Shown here one piece after another: positions 9,322 through 18,100 of a stretch of DNA of 64,000 nt (position 1 is the first letter of the stretch; every line of letters begins with the position of its first letter). Origin of the DNA: Planctomycetota bacterium (GTDB taxonomy: Bacteria; Planctomycetota; UBA1135; UBA2386); contig OZ245838.1 of NCBI GenBank assembly GCA_965228735.1, positions 5,952,001 to 6,016,000 on the forward strand. The letters run 5' to 3'. A program made the position numbers and the translations under genes. Below the pieces are notes generated by a model, which had not been told where the DNA came from, did no database searches, and saw only the letters and a list, made by a program, of their open reading frames with translations.

Positions 9322-11073
9322 ATGCTTCGACTTGCTCTCCCGCTCGTTCTGAGCACGCTGACCGTGTCCGCGTTCGCTCAGGTTCCCTGCGTCGTCTCCA
9401 GCCTCGGCACCCAGCTCTCGCTGGCCGACGATGCGTTCTCCGCCGCGCTGCCGCTCGGATTCTCGTTCGACTACGGCGGTGTGACCTACACCGATGTGCA
9501 GGTCTGCTCGAACGGCTACGTCGTGTTCGGCACGGTGGTGCCCGCCGCCGCGGACTACACGCCGACCGTCACGGAGCTCCTCGGCGATCCGGATCCGCGC
9601 GTCTGCCCGATCTGGCGCGATCTCAACCCGACGGCTGCCGGTAGCGGCCAGGTCTACTACAACGCCGTCGCGGCGACGCCGTCGACGCCCGCATACTTCG
9701 CCGTCACGTGGGACGGGGTCTATCAGTACGGCACGTCGACGCCGATCACCGCCCAGGTCGTCTTCATCGAGGGCGGCGCGATGCAGTTCTACCACGCCGC
9801 GGACGTCGTGAACGGCGGCAACGCCTGGGTCCTCGGTGCGAGCCCGGGGAACGGCGCCCTCGCCAACCCGGTCACGTTCTCGGCGCTGCCGATCGCGACG
9901 ACGGGCAACGCGACGTTGCACGAAGACGGCAGCAGCGGCTTCGCCGTTTCGGACCACACGATGCTGTGGACCCCGGATGGCGCCGGCGGCTACGTCGTGT
10001 CGCCGATCTCGGGTTGTGCCAGCAGCGAGGCCTATGGCTCGGGCTGTGTCTCCCAGTTCAGCACGTACTACGAGTACTTCCTGCCGTCGACGACGTTCGA
10101 TCTGTCCAACCAGTCGTTCTCCGGGATCCCGACGGGCGTCGGCTACATCGTGACGACCGGGCTCGCGCAGTACCTCGCGCCGTCGCCGTCGGCGACCAAC
10201 ATGGGTCTCGCGGACGACGCCGTTGCGCCGATCAACCTGACCCAGCCGTTCGTCTATCCGGGCGGCCAGACGAACGTGCTCGAGGTCTGCTCCAACGGCT
10301 TCGTCGGCCCGTTCAACAACGCCGCGTCGTATCAGCCGGACCCGGCGACCGCGCTCACCTGGCAGGGACCCGTCTGGCTCATGTGGCACGACTTCATCCC
10401 GACGGGTGGCGCCAATGGCGACGTGTTCTACGAAGAGGTCAACGGCATCGTCTACATCACGTGGCTCAACGTCGTCAGCTACGTCGGGACGTCCGCCGGC
10501 ACGACCACGAGCACGTTCCAGTGGCAGTTCGACACCAACTCCGGCTTCTGGCACCTGGTGTTCGAATCGATGGACAACGTCAGCGTGAGCACCTGGCTCA
10601 ATGGCGACGGCTACATCGTCGGCTACACGCCGGGGAACGGCGCCGGCGATCCGGGCAGCATGGACCTCACGCCGGTCGCGACGGGCCAGACGCAGCTCAC
10701 GGTGGGGGCCGCGGACACGTTCCCGCTGACGCTCGACATCGACGCATCGCCGCAGATCAACACCACTCCGAACTTCGTCGTCGGCAACATCACGGCGACG
10801 GCGCCGGTCGGTGGTCTGCTCTACGGGATCACCCGGATCCAGCCCGGCATCGATCTGACGTCGTTCGGCATGCCCGGGTGCTTCCAGTACAACGACCAGC
10901 TCGCCGCCGTGCTGTTCTTCCCGAACGGCGCGACCAGCGTCGCCTTGCCGTTCCCGATCCCGAACATCGTCGCGACGCTGCAGGTGCAGGCCGCCGTGTT
11001 CGACCCGGTGAGCGCGTCGACCCCGCTCGGCGGCCTGTCGTCGAACGGCCTCGAGGTCGCCACGGGCAACTGA
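9322..11073 (+). CDS. Secreted protein with two nidogen(NIDO)-like repeats and the shared C-terminal module
   Basis: Signal peptide ending AFA-Q; duplicated LADDA...F.Y.G...VCSNG[YF]V...W.D..P...G.V[YF]Y...[VI]TW unit; ends QAAVFDP...GLSSNGLEVATGN. Confidence 0.82.
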   Translation: MLRLALPLVLSTLTVSAFAQVPCVVSSLGTQLSLADDAFSAALPLGFSFDYGGVTYTDVQVCSNGYVVFGTVVPAAADYTPTVTELLGDPDPRVCPIWRDLNPTAAGSGQVYYNAVAATPSTPAYFAVTWDGVYQYGTSTPITAQVVFIEGGAMQFYHAADVVNGGNAWVLGASPGNGALANPVTFSALPIATTGNATLHEDGSSGFAVSDHTMLWTPDGAGGYVVSPISGCASSEAYGSGCVSQFSTYYEYFLPSTTFDLSNQSFSGIPTGVGYIVTTGLAQYLAPSPSATNMGLADDAVAPINLTQPFVYPGGQTNVLEVCSNGFVGPFNNAASYQPDPATALTWQGPVWLMWHDFIPTGGANGDVFYEEVNGIVYITWLNVVSYVGTSAGTTTSTFQWQFDTNSGFWHLVFESMDNVSVSTWLNGDGYIVGYTPGNGAGDPGSMDLTPVATGQTQLTVGAADTFPLTLDIDASPQINTTPNFVVGNITATAPVGGLLYGITRIQPGIDLTSFGMPGCFQYNDQLAAVLFFPNGATSVALPFPIPNIVATLQVQAAVFDPVSASTPLGGLSSNGLEVATGN

Positions 11074-11111
11074 TGCTCGTGCTGTGAGGTGATGGTTGCC
11101 GATGGGAGGGT

Positions 11112-12002
11112 GTGCCCTCCCTCTGGCGCCAGTCCCTCGCGCTGCTGCGCGCGCCGATGAACGAGCTGTCGTTCGCGGTGCGCTCCCGCATCCGCTGGCA
11201 GCGCGGCGCGCCCCCCGCGGAGCAGCCGTCGGCGGCGCCCTGGGATGATGCGTTCGACTGGCTGCCGGCCGCAGAACGCGCACCACTGCGGGCGCGCGTC
11301 ACCCGGCTCGACGCGGAGCACGACCTTGCGGCGGTGCGTCCGCTGCCGGTCGTCGCCCGGCTCGAGAACGCTGCGTTGCTCGATGGGCTGCTGCGGCTCG
11401 CCGGCGATCTCGGGTTGCCGGTTGCCGATGCAGAGCTGCGTGCGACCGACGTCGGGTGCGGCGCCTTCCAGTACGCGCCCGGACTCGCGCGCTGGTTGAC
11501 GCACCTCGCTGAAGGTGCGGCGGTCCGACTGCGGGGCATCGAGATCGACGGCTACGGCGTCTACCGCGACGGCCATTCGCGCGCGGATCACGCGCGGGCG
11601 CATGCCGACCTCGCGGGACCCGGCGTCACGTTCGAAGTGGCCGACTTCGCGCGCTTGTCGCCGGGCGCGCTGCCGCCGCAGGACGTCGTCACGATGCTGT
11701 ACCCCTTCCTGAGCGCGTTCTCCCTGCTGCAGTGGGGTTCGCCGCTGAGCCACCTGCGGCCGCGCGCCGTGCTCGATCGCGCCGTCGCCGCCGTGCGGCC
11801 CGGCGGACTGCTCGTCGTCGCGAATCAGACCGAACGCGAGTTCGAGCGTCTCGCGGCCCTGCTGCGCGATGCGCCCGTGACACGGCTCCGTCGCGCGAGC
11901 TTCGCGACCGACTTCGTGCCGTACCGAGAACGGACGGCGGGGCGTATCGCATCGATCTGGCGGCGCCACGCCTCGGCGCGCTGCTCCGCAGCGTCGTCCT
12001 GA
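11112..12002 (+). CDS. Class I SAM-dependent methyltransferase-like protein
   Basis: DVGCG motif I, GIEID, VRPGGLLVV. Confidence 0.7.
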   Translation: MPSLWRQSLALLRAPMNELSFAVRSRIRWQRGAPPAEQPSAAPWDDAFDWLPAAERAPLRARVTRLDAEHDLAAVRPLPVVARLENAALLDGLLRLAGDLGLPVADAELRATDVGCGAFQYAPGLARWLTHLAEGAAVRLRGIEIDGYGVYRDGHSRADHARAHADLAGPGVTFEVADFARLSPGALPPQDVVTMLYPFLSAFSLLQWGSPLSHLRPRAVLDRAVAAVRPGGLLVVANQTEREFERLAALLRDAPVTRLRRASFATDFVPYRERTAGRIASIWRRHASARCSAASS

Positions 12003-12138
12003 TCGACCGCCGCCGGCCGGATCGCCCCACCGGGGATCCGGCCCACAGTTCCTGAACGCTGGCGCGTGGTGCTGACCCGGGGGGGCGGCTAGCATCACTT
12101 GCCGGTCCGGCAGCCTCAGCCCGGCCTTTGCAGCCCGC

Positions 12139-15081
12139 ATGTTCACTTTGCAGATTCTGGACCAGGGTCAGACCCTGCTCTTTCCGCTGCCCTCGGGGAA
12201 GGCCATTCTCGGCTCCGACGAGGCGTCCGACATCCGGCTCGGTGAGGCGGGGGTCGAGCCCGCGCACGTCCGCTTCGATTCGAGCAGCGGTGGCGTGCTG
12301 TTGACCCCGTTGGCGCCGATCAAACTCAATGGTGAGGCGATCGCCGATGCCGGCGACGAAGCCGTGCGGCTCGAGCTCGGCGACCGGCTCGAGGTCGGCC
12401 GCGCGGTCGCGGTGGTCGGCCGATCGGTTGCGCGGGCCGCGGCGCCCGACGACGTGCTCGATGGCCCGCGGCGCAGCGCCGGCCGGCGGCGGCAGGCGGC
12501 GCCGCCGAACCGCTCGAAGCTGCCGTTCATCGCCATCGGCGCGGCGATCGTGCTCGTGGCTCTGCTCGGGGTTCTGAGCAGCAGCGCCGCGGACGAGATC
12601 GACGGCGAACTCTCCGTGATCGTGCTCGCGCGCGACAAGGGCGACATCGCGCACGCGCGGCGCTACGTCGGCATCCTGCGCGAGCGGTGGCAGGGCGAGA
12701 CCGACGGCCGACTCGATCAACTCGAGGCCGAGGCCGCGAAGGTCGAGGCGATCGCGACCGCGGAAGCCAAGCTCGAACGGCAGGTGCTCGATCCGACGAG
12801 CGGCACCTACGCCGCGTGGGTACGGCGACTGCAGCGCATCGAGACGAGCGGCGAGGATCACGAGCGCATCGCGGCGCGACTGTTGCGCTCACGATTGCGG
12901 GAAACTCTGGCGACGCGTTCGGCTGCCCCGGTGCCGGTCGCGGCTGGCCCCCAGGTCGATGACTCCGCGGGCGCGAGCGACGGCGGCAATGCGACGGCGG
13001 AGCCCGCGCCGCAACGGCCCGACGTCGAGGCGGCCGCAGTCGTCGCTGATGCGGACCGTCTCGTCGAACAAGGGCTCTACGTGCAGGCGCTCGAACTGCT
13101 GCGTTCCCAGATGGGCGCTTCGACCGACGCGGTCGTCGTGGACACCCTGCGGCGCCGTTTCGAAGCCATCGAGGCTGCCGCGCTCACGGCGATGCAGGCG
13201 CTCGTTGCGGGCGCCGAGTCCGCTGCCCAGGCCGGTGACTCGAGCGCCGCGATCACCAAGCTGGCGCTCGCACAGCATCGCTTCCCGGCCGGTGCGCGGT
13301 TCCATGTGCTCGGTGAGACGCTCGCGCGGCTCGAGTCCGCGGCGCGCGAGGAACAGCGGTCGGGAACGCCGGTGGCCCGCGGGCCGAAGAACGCGGGCAG
13401 TGCCGCGACTCCGGCCTTGCCGATGCCGACGCCGACACCCGGGCCCGGCACCGGCGACGCCGTGTCCATCAGCCAGCTGCGTGATCAGCTCGATCGCATC
13501 CGAGACGCCGAAGCCGCGGGCGCCTTTGCGCGCGCGGCGACGCTGCTGCGCAGCACGATCGCGGGCGTCGAGGACCGCGATCCCGACTACGCCGGACGAC
13601 TCGCGGCCCGCGCGCGCGAGGCCGAGCAGCGCGCCGCGTTCCATGCGGCCGTTCGACAGGCGCTCGACGGGGGCAAGTCCTTCGCGGTCGAACTCCACGA
13701 CGGTGGCGAGCTGCAGCTCGACGGCGCCACCGACGACAGCCTGCGGGCCGGGCAGCGGGTCGTGCAGTGGCCGGAACTCGGACCTGCGGGGATCGCGGCG
13801 CTCGCCAAAGGGGTCGCGCCCGCTGGCGCCGCCGCCGCCGGGGCCGCGTCGTTGCTCTACGCCGCGGGTGATGCGGCGGCAGCGGAGCAGCTGCTGGTCG
13901 CCGACGTGCGCGCCGATCCTGCCCGGCAGGACGCGGTCGCGGAGGTGCTCGCGCGCGGTCGCGGTGACGCGCCGGGCTCCGGCTACGAGCTCCGCGGCAG
14001 CCAGTTCGTTGCCGTTCATGCGATCGAGGTCGAGAAGGCCGCCGACAAGATCGCGTCGCGGATCGATGGTGTGTTTCGCAAGCGCGACGCGGACGCGCGA
14101 CGCGAGTTCGTCGACGAGTTGTTGCGGGAGGGGCCCGAGCACCTCGCCGCGATCGGCGTCGCGTTCCAGCGCGACCTGGCGAAGCAGATCGACAAGCTCG
14201 AGGGCAGCCCGCTGCGGAAGCAGATCCAGACGCTGGAAGAGCAGCGCGAGGCGCTCGATCGCGCGCGCATCCACGCCAAGGAGCTGATCTACGACGAGGA
14301 GAAGTACTTCTACCCCTACAAGCCGCCGGCGGTCAGCGGCGAACGCCACGCGGAGTACGTGCGCGTGCAGGCCGAGGTCAACCGCCGCATCGGTGCGCTG
14401 CGGGCGCTTTGGCTCGACCGGCGCTTCAGCGTGCGCGTGCCGCGTTCGCTGCGCACCGCGCTCGAGCGCATCGAGTGGGACACGCGGGTGCTGCAGCGGG
14501 TCGGCGCGTTCGACGCGCGGCAGATCGCGAGCATCGGTTGGGCGCGCGCCGTGCCCGCGGTGCGCAACATCACGATCGCCGAGTACTGCAGGACACCCGA
14601 GGAGCGCGACGAGCTGCTGCTATGGCAGCGCATCGAGGAATACAACAAGGCCGTTGGCCGTGACCTGTCGTCGAGCGTTCGAGAGCTGTTGCGGATCACG
14701 AACGATTACCGGCTGATGTACCGGCACCGGCCGCTCGCGGTCGCGCCGAAGGTCTGCGCCGCGGCGCAGGGGCACGCCGAAGAGATGTCACGGCTCGGCT
14801 ACTTCGCCCACATGTCGCCGACGCCGGAGCGGCGCACGCCGTTCGATCGCATGAAGCTCGCGGGCTACAGCTACGGCGTGAGCGAGAACATCGCGCTCAA
14901 CGGTTCGGCGATGGGGGCGCACAACTCGTGGCTCGGCTCGAGCGGTCATCACCGCAACCTGCTGCACCCCGACCATCGTGAGATGGGGATCGGTGTCGAT
15001 GGCCGCAACTGGGTCGAGAACTTCGGGCGCGGCAAGACCTACGAACGTCACGAAGCGTTCGAGGACGCCGGCGGTCGCTAG
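12139..15081 (+). CDS. Membrane-anchored protein: FHA-like N-terminus, TM helix, helical region, C-terminal CAP/SCP domain
   Basis: N-terminal ILGSDEASDIRL...LELGDRLEVG; one TM; C-terminal TNDYR...AAQGHAEEM...YFAH...ENIA...WLGSSGHHRNLL...GIG. Confidence 0.82.
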   Translation: MFTLQILDQGQTLLFPLPSGKAILGSDEASDIRLGEAGVEPAHVRFDSSSGGVLLTPLAPIKLNGEAIADAGDEAVRLELGDRLEVGRAVAVVGRSVARAAAPDDVLDGPRRSAGRRRQAAPPNRSKLPFIAIGAAIVLVALLGVLSSSAADEIDGELSVIVLARDKGDIAHARRYVGILRERWQGETDGRLDQLEAEAAKVEAIATAEAKLERQVLDPTSGTYAAWVRRLQRIETSGEDHERIAARLLRSRLRETLATRSAAPVPVAAGPQVDDSAGASDGGNATAEPAPQRPDVEAAAVVADADRLVEQGLYVQALELLRSQMGASTDAVVVDTLRRRFEAIEAAALTAMQALVAGAESAAQAGDSSAAITKLALAQHRFPAGARFHVLGETLARLESAAREEQRSGTPVARGPKNAGSAATPALPMPTPTPGPGTGDAVSISQLRDQLDRIRDAEAAGAFARAATLLRSTIAGVEDRDPDYAGRLAARAREAEQRAAFHAAVRQALDGGKSFAVELHDGGELQLDGATDDSLRAGQRVVQWPELGPAGIAALAKGVAPAGAAAAGAASLLYAAGDAAAAEQLLVADVRADPARQDAVAEVLARGRGDAPGSGYELRGSQFVAVHAIEVEKAADKIASRIDGVFRKRDADARREFVDELLREGPEHLAAIGVAFQRDLAKQIDKLEGSPLRKQIQTLEEQREALDRARIHAKELIYDEEKYFYPYKPPAVSGERHAEYVRVQAEVNRRIGALRALWLDRRFSVRVPRSLRTALERIEWDTRVLQRVGAFDARQIASIGWARAVPAVRNITIAEYCRTPEERDELLLWQRIEEYNKAVGRDLSSSVRELLRITNDYRLMYRHRPLAVAPKVCAAAQGHAEEMSRLGYFAHMSPTPERRTPFDRMKLAGYSYGVSENIALNGSAMGAHNSWLGSSGHHRNLLHPDHREMGIGVDGRNWVENFGRGKTYERHEAFEDAGGR

Positions 15082-15645
15082 TCAGTCCCCGTTGACCGCG
15101 GCCCAGGCCGCGGCCGGCGTGCCGAGCGGCCGCGCGTCGCTGCCGACCGGCTGCAGGTGATACTGCCAGAACGCGACGTCGTGCCAGGCGCCGTGTTTGA
15201 AGCCGGCTTCCTTCACCGTGCCGCGGTGCACGAAGCCGAGCTTCTCGTGCAGGCGAGTGGAGCCGGGGTTGGGCATGGTCGCGCCGCCGATGACGGTGTG
15301 GAAGCCCTGCTCCCGCAAGACGTCGAGGAGGCGCCGGTACAGCGGCGCGCCGTAGCCCCGGCCGCAGTGCTCGGGTGTGAAGTAGATGCCGCTCTCGACG
15401 ATCCAGTCGTAGGCCTGCCGCGCGCGGAACGTGCCGGCCTTGGCGTAGCCGATCACGGCGGCGTCGAGCTCGGCGACGAGCCAGGGGAAGCGATCCTCGT
15501 GTGTCCGCCAGAATTCGCGCAGCTCGTCGCCCGAGACGTCGTCGTAGCCGAAGTGGATCGACGTCGTGCGGATGTAGTGGTTGGTGATCTGCGCGATCGC
15601 GTCGAAGTCGTCGACCCGGGCCGGGCGGTGCAGAGGCGTCGTCAC
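15082..15645 (-). CDS. GNAT N-acetyltransferase, phosphinothricin acetyltransferase (YncA/MnaT) family
   Basis: RARQAYDWIVESGIY, GRGYG, PNPGSTRLHEKLGF, GFKHGAWHDV. Confidence 0.9.
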   Translation of the reverse strand: MTTPLHRPARVDDFDAIAQITNHYIRTTSIHFGYDDVSGDELREFWRTHEDRFPWLVAELDAAVIGYAKAGTFRARQAYDWIVESGIYFTPEHCGRGYGAPLYRRLLDVLREQGFHTVIGGATMPNPGSTRLHEKLGFVHRGTVKEAGFKHGAWHDVAFWQYHLQPVGSDARPLGTPAAAWAAVNGD

Positions 15646-16670
15646 GGCTTCCTGCTCTGGTCCCCATGCCGGTCGCCACGCGGATCCCCGTCCCGGTCGT
15701 CCACCAGGCGCCGGGCTTCACGGCTCGGCAGCGCCGTCCCGGCGATCACCCGGTCGCGCGCTGCTCGGAGCGCGGCCGCGGCGGCGGGGTCGGCGAGGAA
15801 CGAGGCGAGCAGGCGTTCGCGCACGACGGTGTCGAGCCACTGGCCGGCCTGCTGGCGCCGACGTTCGTCGAGCTGACCGCTCGTCCTGGCCGCCTCGAGC
15901 CGCGCGCGGATCGCGTCCCACGCCTCGAGGATGCCGGTGCCCGTCACGGACGAGGCGACGTGCACCGGAGGCGGCGTCGCATCGCCGGGATGGAGCACGC
16001 GCATCGCCAGCAGGCACTGCTGCGCCGCGCGGTCCGCCGCGGGCGCGAGATCGCCGTCGGCCTTGTGCACGAGCACGCCGTCCGCGAGCTCCATGACGCC
16101 GCGCTTGATGCCCTGCAGTTCGTCGCCGGCGGCGGGCGAGAGGAGCAGCAGGAAGAAGTCGACCATGCCGTGCACGGCGGTCTCCGACTGGCCGGTGCCG
16201 ATCGTCTCCACGAACACGACGTCGAAGCCGGCGGCCTCGCACAGCAGCATCGCCTCGCGCGTGCGGGACGCGACACCGCCGGGCGTTTCGCCACCCGGCG
16301 ACGGCCGGATGAACGCGTTCGCGTGCTGCGACAGCGCGGTCATGCGCGTCTTGTCGCCGAGAATGCTGCCGCCCGACACCGACGAACTCGGGTCCACGGC
16401 GAGCACCGCGACCTTGTGGCCGCGATCGCACAGCTGCACGCCGAGCGTCTCGATGAGCGTGCTCTTGCCGACCCCGGGCGCGCCCGTGATTCCGATCCGC
16501 AGCGCGTTGCCGGCGTGCGGCAACAGCTCGAGGAGCAGCGCGTCCGCGGCATCGGCGTCGCGTTCCCGCCGGCTCTCGATCAGCGTGATCGCGCGCGCGA
16601 GCGCGCGCCGGTCGCCGGCGCGGACGTCGGCGGCGCGCACGCTGACGGTCGGGTGGCCGGACTCGCTCAC
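15642..16670 (-). CDS. meaB: Methylmalonyl-CoA mutase-associated GTPase MeaB/ArgK
   Basis: LARAITLIES, GITGAPGVGKST, VDPSS..SGGSILGDKTRM, ETIGTGQSE, DELQGIKRG; start approximate. Confidence 0.95.
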   Translation of the reverse strand: MSESGHPTVSVRAADVRAGDRRALARAITLIESRRERDADAADALLLELLPHAGNALRIGITGAPGVGKSTLIETLGVQLCDRGHKVAVLAVDPSSSVSGGSILGDKTRMTALSQHANAFIRPSPGGETPGGVASRTREAMLLCEAAGFDVVFVETIGTGQSETAVHGMVDFFLLLLSPAAGDELQGIKRGVMELADGVLVHKADGDLAPAADRAAQQCLLAMRVLHPGDATPPPVHVASSVTGTGILEAWDAIRARLEAARTSGQLDERRRQQAGQWLDTVVRERLLASFLADPAAAAALRAARDRVIAGTALPSREARRLVDDRDGDPRGDRHGDQSRKP

Positions 16671-16680
16671 GGCGCGCAGC

Positions 16681-17844
16681 CTACTGCGCGCGGTCTTCGG
16701 CGACCAGCTTGCAGTAGGCGGCGTAGCGCGCGGCGTCGAGCTCCTCCGCGTCGACGGCGGCGCGGACGGCGCAGCCGGGCTCGTGTTCGTGGCGACAGTC
16801 GCGGAAGCGGCAACCCGCACCGAGTTCGACGATCTCCGGGAACGCGGCGGCGATGCCGTCGGCCGCGGCGACGAGTCCGAACATCCGCACTCCGGGCGTG
16901 TCGATCAGCTGCGTGCCGTCTGCCAGGCGCCTGAGTTGTGAACTCGTGGTCGTGTGGCGGCCGCGGCGGTCGCTCGCCCGAACGTCGCCCGTGCGACGGT
17001 CGGGCTGCGGATCGAGGCGATTGAGCAGCGTCGACTTACCCACACCGCTGTGGCCGACGAACGCGGCGGTGCGGCCGCCGAGTCGGGCGCGCAGCTCCTC
17101 GACGCCGAAGCCCTGCTGGGCCGACGTGAACAACACGGGCAGCCCGGACGCCACGAAGGGTTCGAGCGCCCGATCCAGCTCGGCGCGGTCGTGCGGCAGA
17201 TCACACTTGTTGATGCAGAGCACGAGCGCGGCGCCGCTCTCGGCCGTCGCTGCCCGCAGTCGATCGACGAGACCCGTGCGCGGGCGCTCGGCCGAGAGCA
17301 CGAGCACGACGTCGTCGACGTTGGCCGCGAGCACGTGCCGGCGATCGTCGGCGCCGCCGTCCCGGCGGGCGAGCTCGCTGCGGCGCGGCTGCACGGCCAC
17401 GACGAGCGGGTCGGCGCCGTTCCGTTCGTGCACCGTGACGCGATCTCCGACCGCGACCGCGCTGCGTTGTTCCTGCGCGAGGTCGTGGTCGAGCAACGCC
17501 GTCACTTCTTGGTCGGCCGGGTCGTCGGTCAGGAACCGGGCGCGGCCCTGCCCGAGCCATACGATCGTGGCCTCGAACTCGGCGCTGTTCGGCCGGAACT
17601 CCGCGGTCGAACGGCGCTGGCGGTGCGCGCCGGAACTGCCCGGCGGCCGCCGGTGCATCTTCTGGAAGTCGGCCGCGCTGCCGTCGTCGTCGCTGACGTC
17701 ACGGCCGGAGCCGGCGTCATCGTCCCGCCAGCGCCCGCGCTGGTGGCGCCGCGCCTTGCGCTGCTTCTGCTCGTCGTAGCTCTCGAGATGCCGGATCTGC
17801 CGGCGGAATCGTTGTCGTGTTCTCTCTTTGTCGTTGCTGTCCAT
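16681..17844 (-). CDS. rsgA: Ribosome small subunit-dependent GTPase A
   Basis: Circularly permuted GTPase order NKCD - GHSGVGKST - GRHTTT - DTPG, zinc finger CRFRDCRHEHEPGC; charged N-terminal extension. Confidence 0.93.
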   Translation of the reverse strand: MDSNDKERTRQRFRRQIRHLESYDEQKQRKARRHQRGRWRDDDAGSGRDVSDDDGSAADFQKMHRRPPGSSGAHRQRRSTAEFRPNSAEFEATIVWLGQGRARFLTDDPADQEVTALLDHDLAQEQRSAVAVGDRVTVHERNGADPLVVAVQPRRSELARRDGGADDRRHVLAANVDDVVLVLSAERPRTGLVDRLRAATAESGAALVLCINKCDLPHDRAELDRALEPFVASGLPVLFTSAQQGFGVEELRARLGGRTAAFVGHSGVGKSTLLNRLDPQPDRRTGDVRASDRRGRHTTTSSQLRRLADGTQLIDTPGVRMFGLVAAADGIAAAFPEIVELGAGCRFRDCRHEHEPGCAVRAAVDAEELDAARYAAYCKLVAEDRAQ

Positions 17845-17995
17845 CGCTCGTGTGCCTGTCGGGCGGGGCGACCGATGTCGCCACCGCGGACCTGGCCGGC
17901 ACCGCGAACGACCGCGCCCCAGGAATCATCGTTGGGGCGGTACGGACCGCTGGCGCCGACCGGAATCTTCGAACCGGAAACTCAGGGGGCCTCGC

Positions 17996-18037
17996 TCAGA
18001 GCGAGGCAGCGACAGCGACAGCGTGGAGCGTCGTCAT
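17996..18037 (-). CDS. Putative leader peptide MTTLHAVAVAASL upstream of rsgA
   Basis: 13-codon ORF just downstream of an extended -10-like TGcTACACT (18051-18059); its stop codon sits inside the hairpin GCCTCGCTC-T-GAGCGAGGC (17989-18007). Confidence 0.45.
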   Translation of the reverse strand: MTTLHAVAVAASL

Positions 18038-18100
18038 AGACAGCGCCCGGAGTGTAGCACGGCGCCGCGCGAGGCGTCGCCGCGCATCGCGCAGCGGGGC

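Noticed and set aside
7084..11286. 1400-aa ORF as one protein (similarly 8041-11073, 22216-25071, 37958-40708, 44139-48224)
   Set aside because: The upstream parts are shadow frames of neighbouring genes; the real proteins start at internal codons with a signal peptide, RBS or -10
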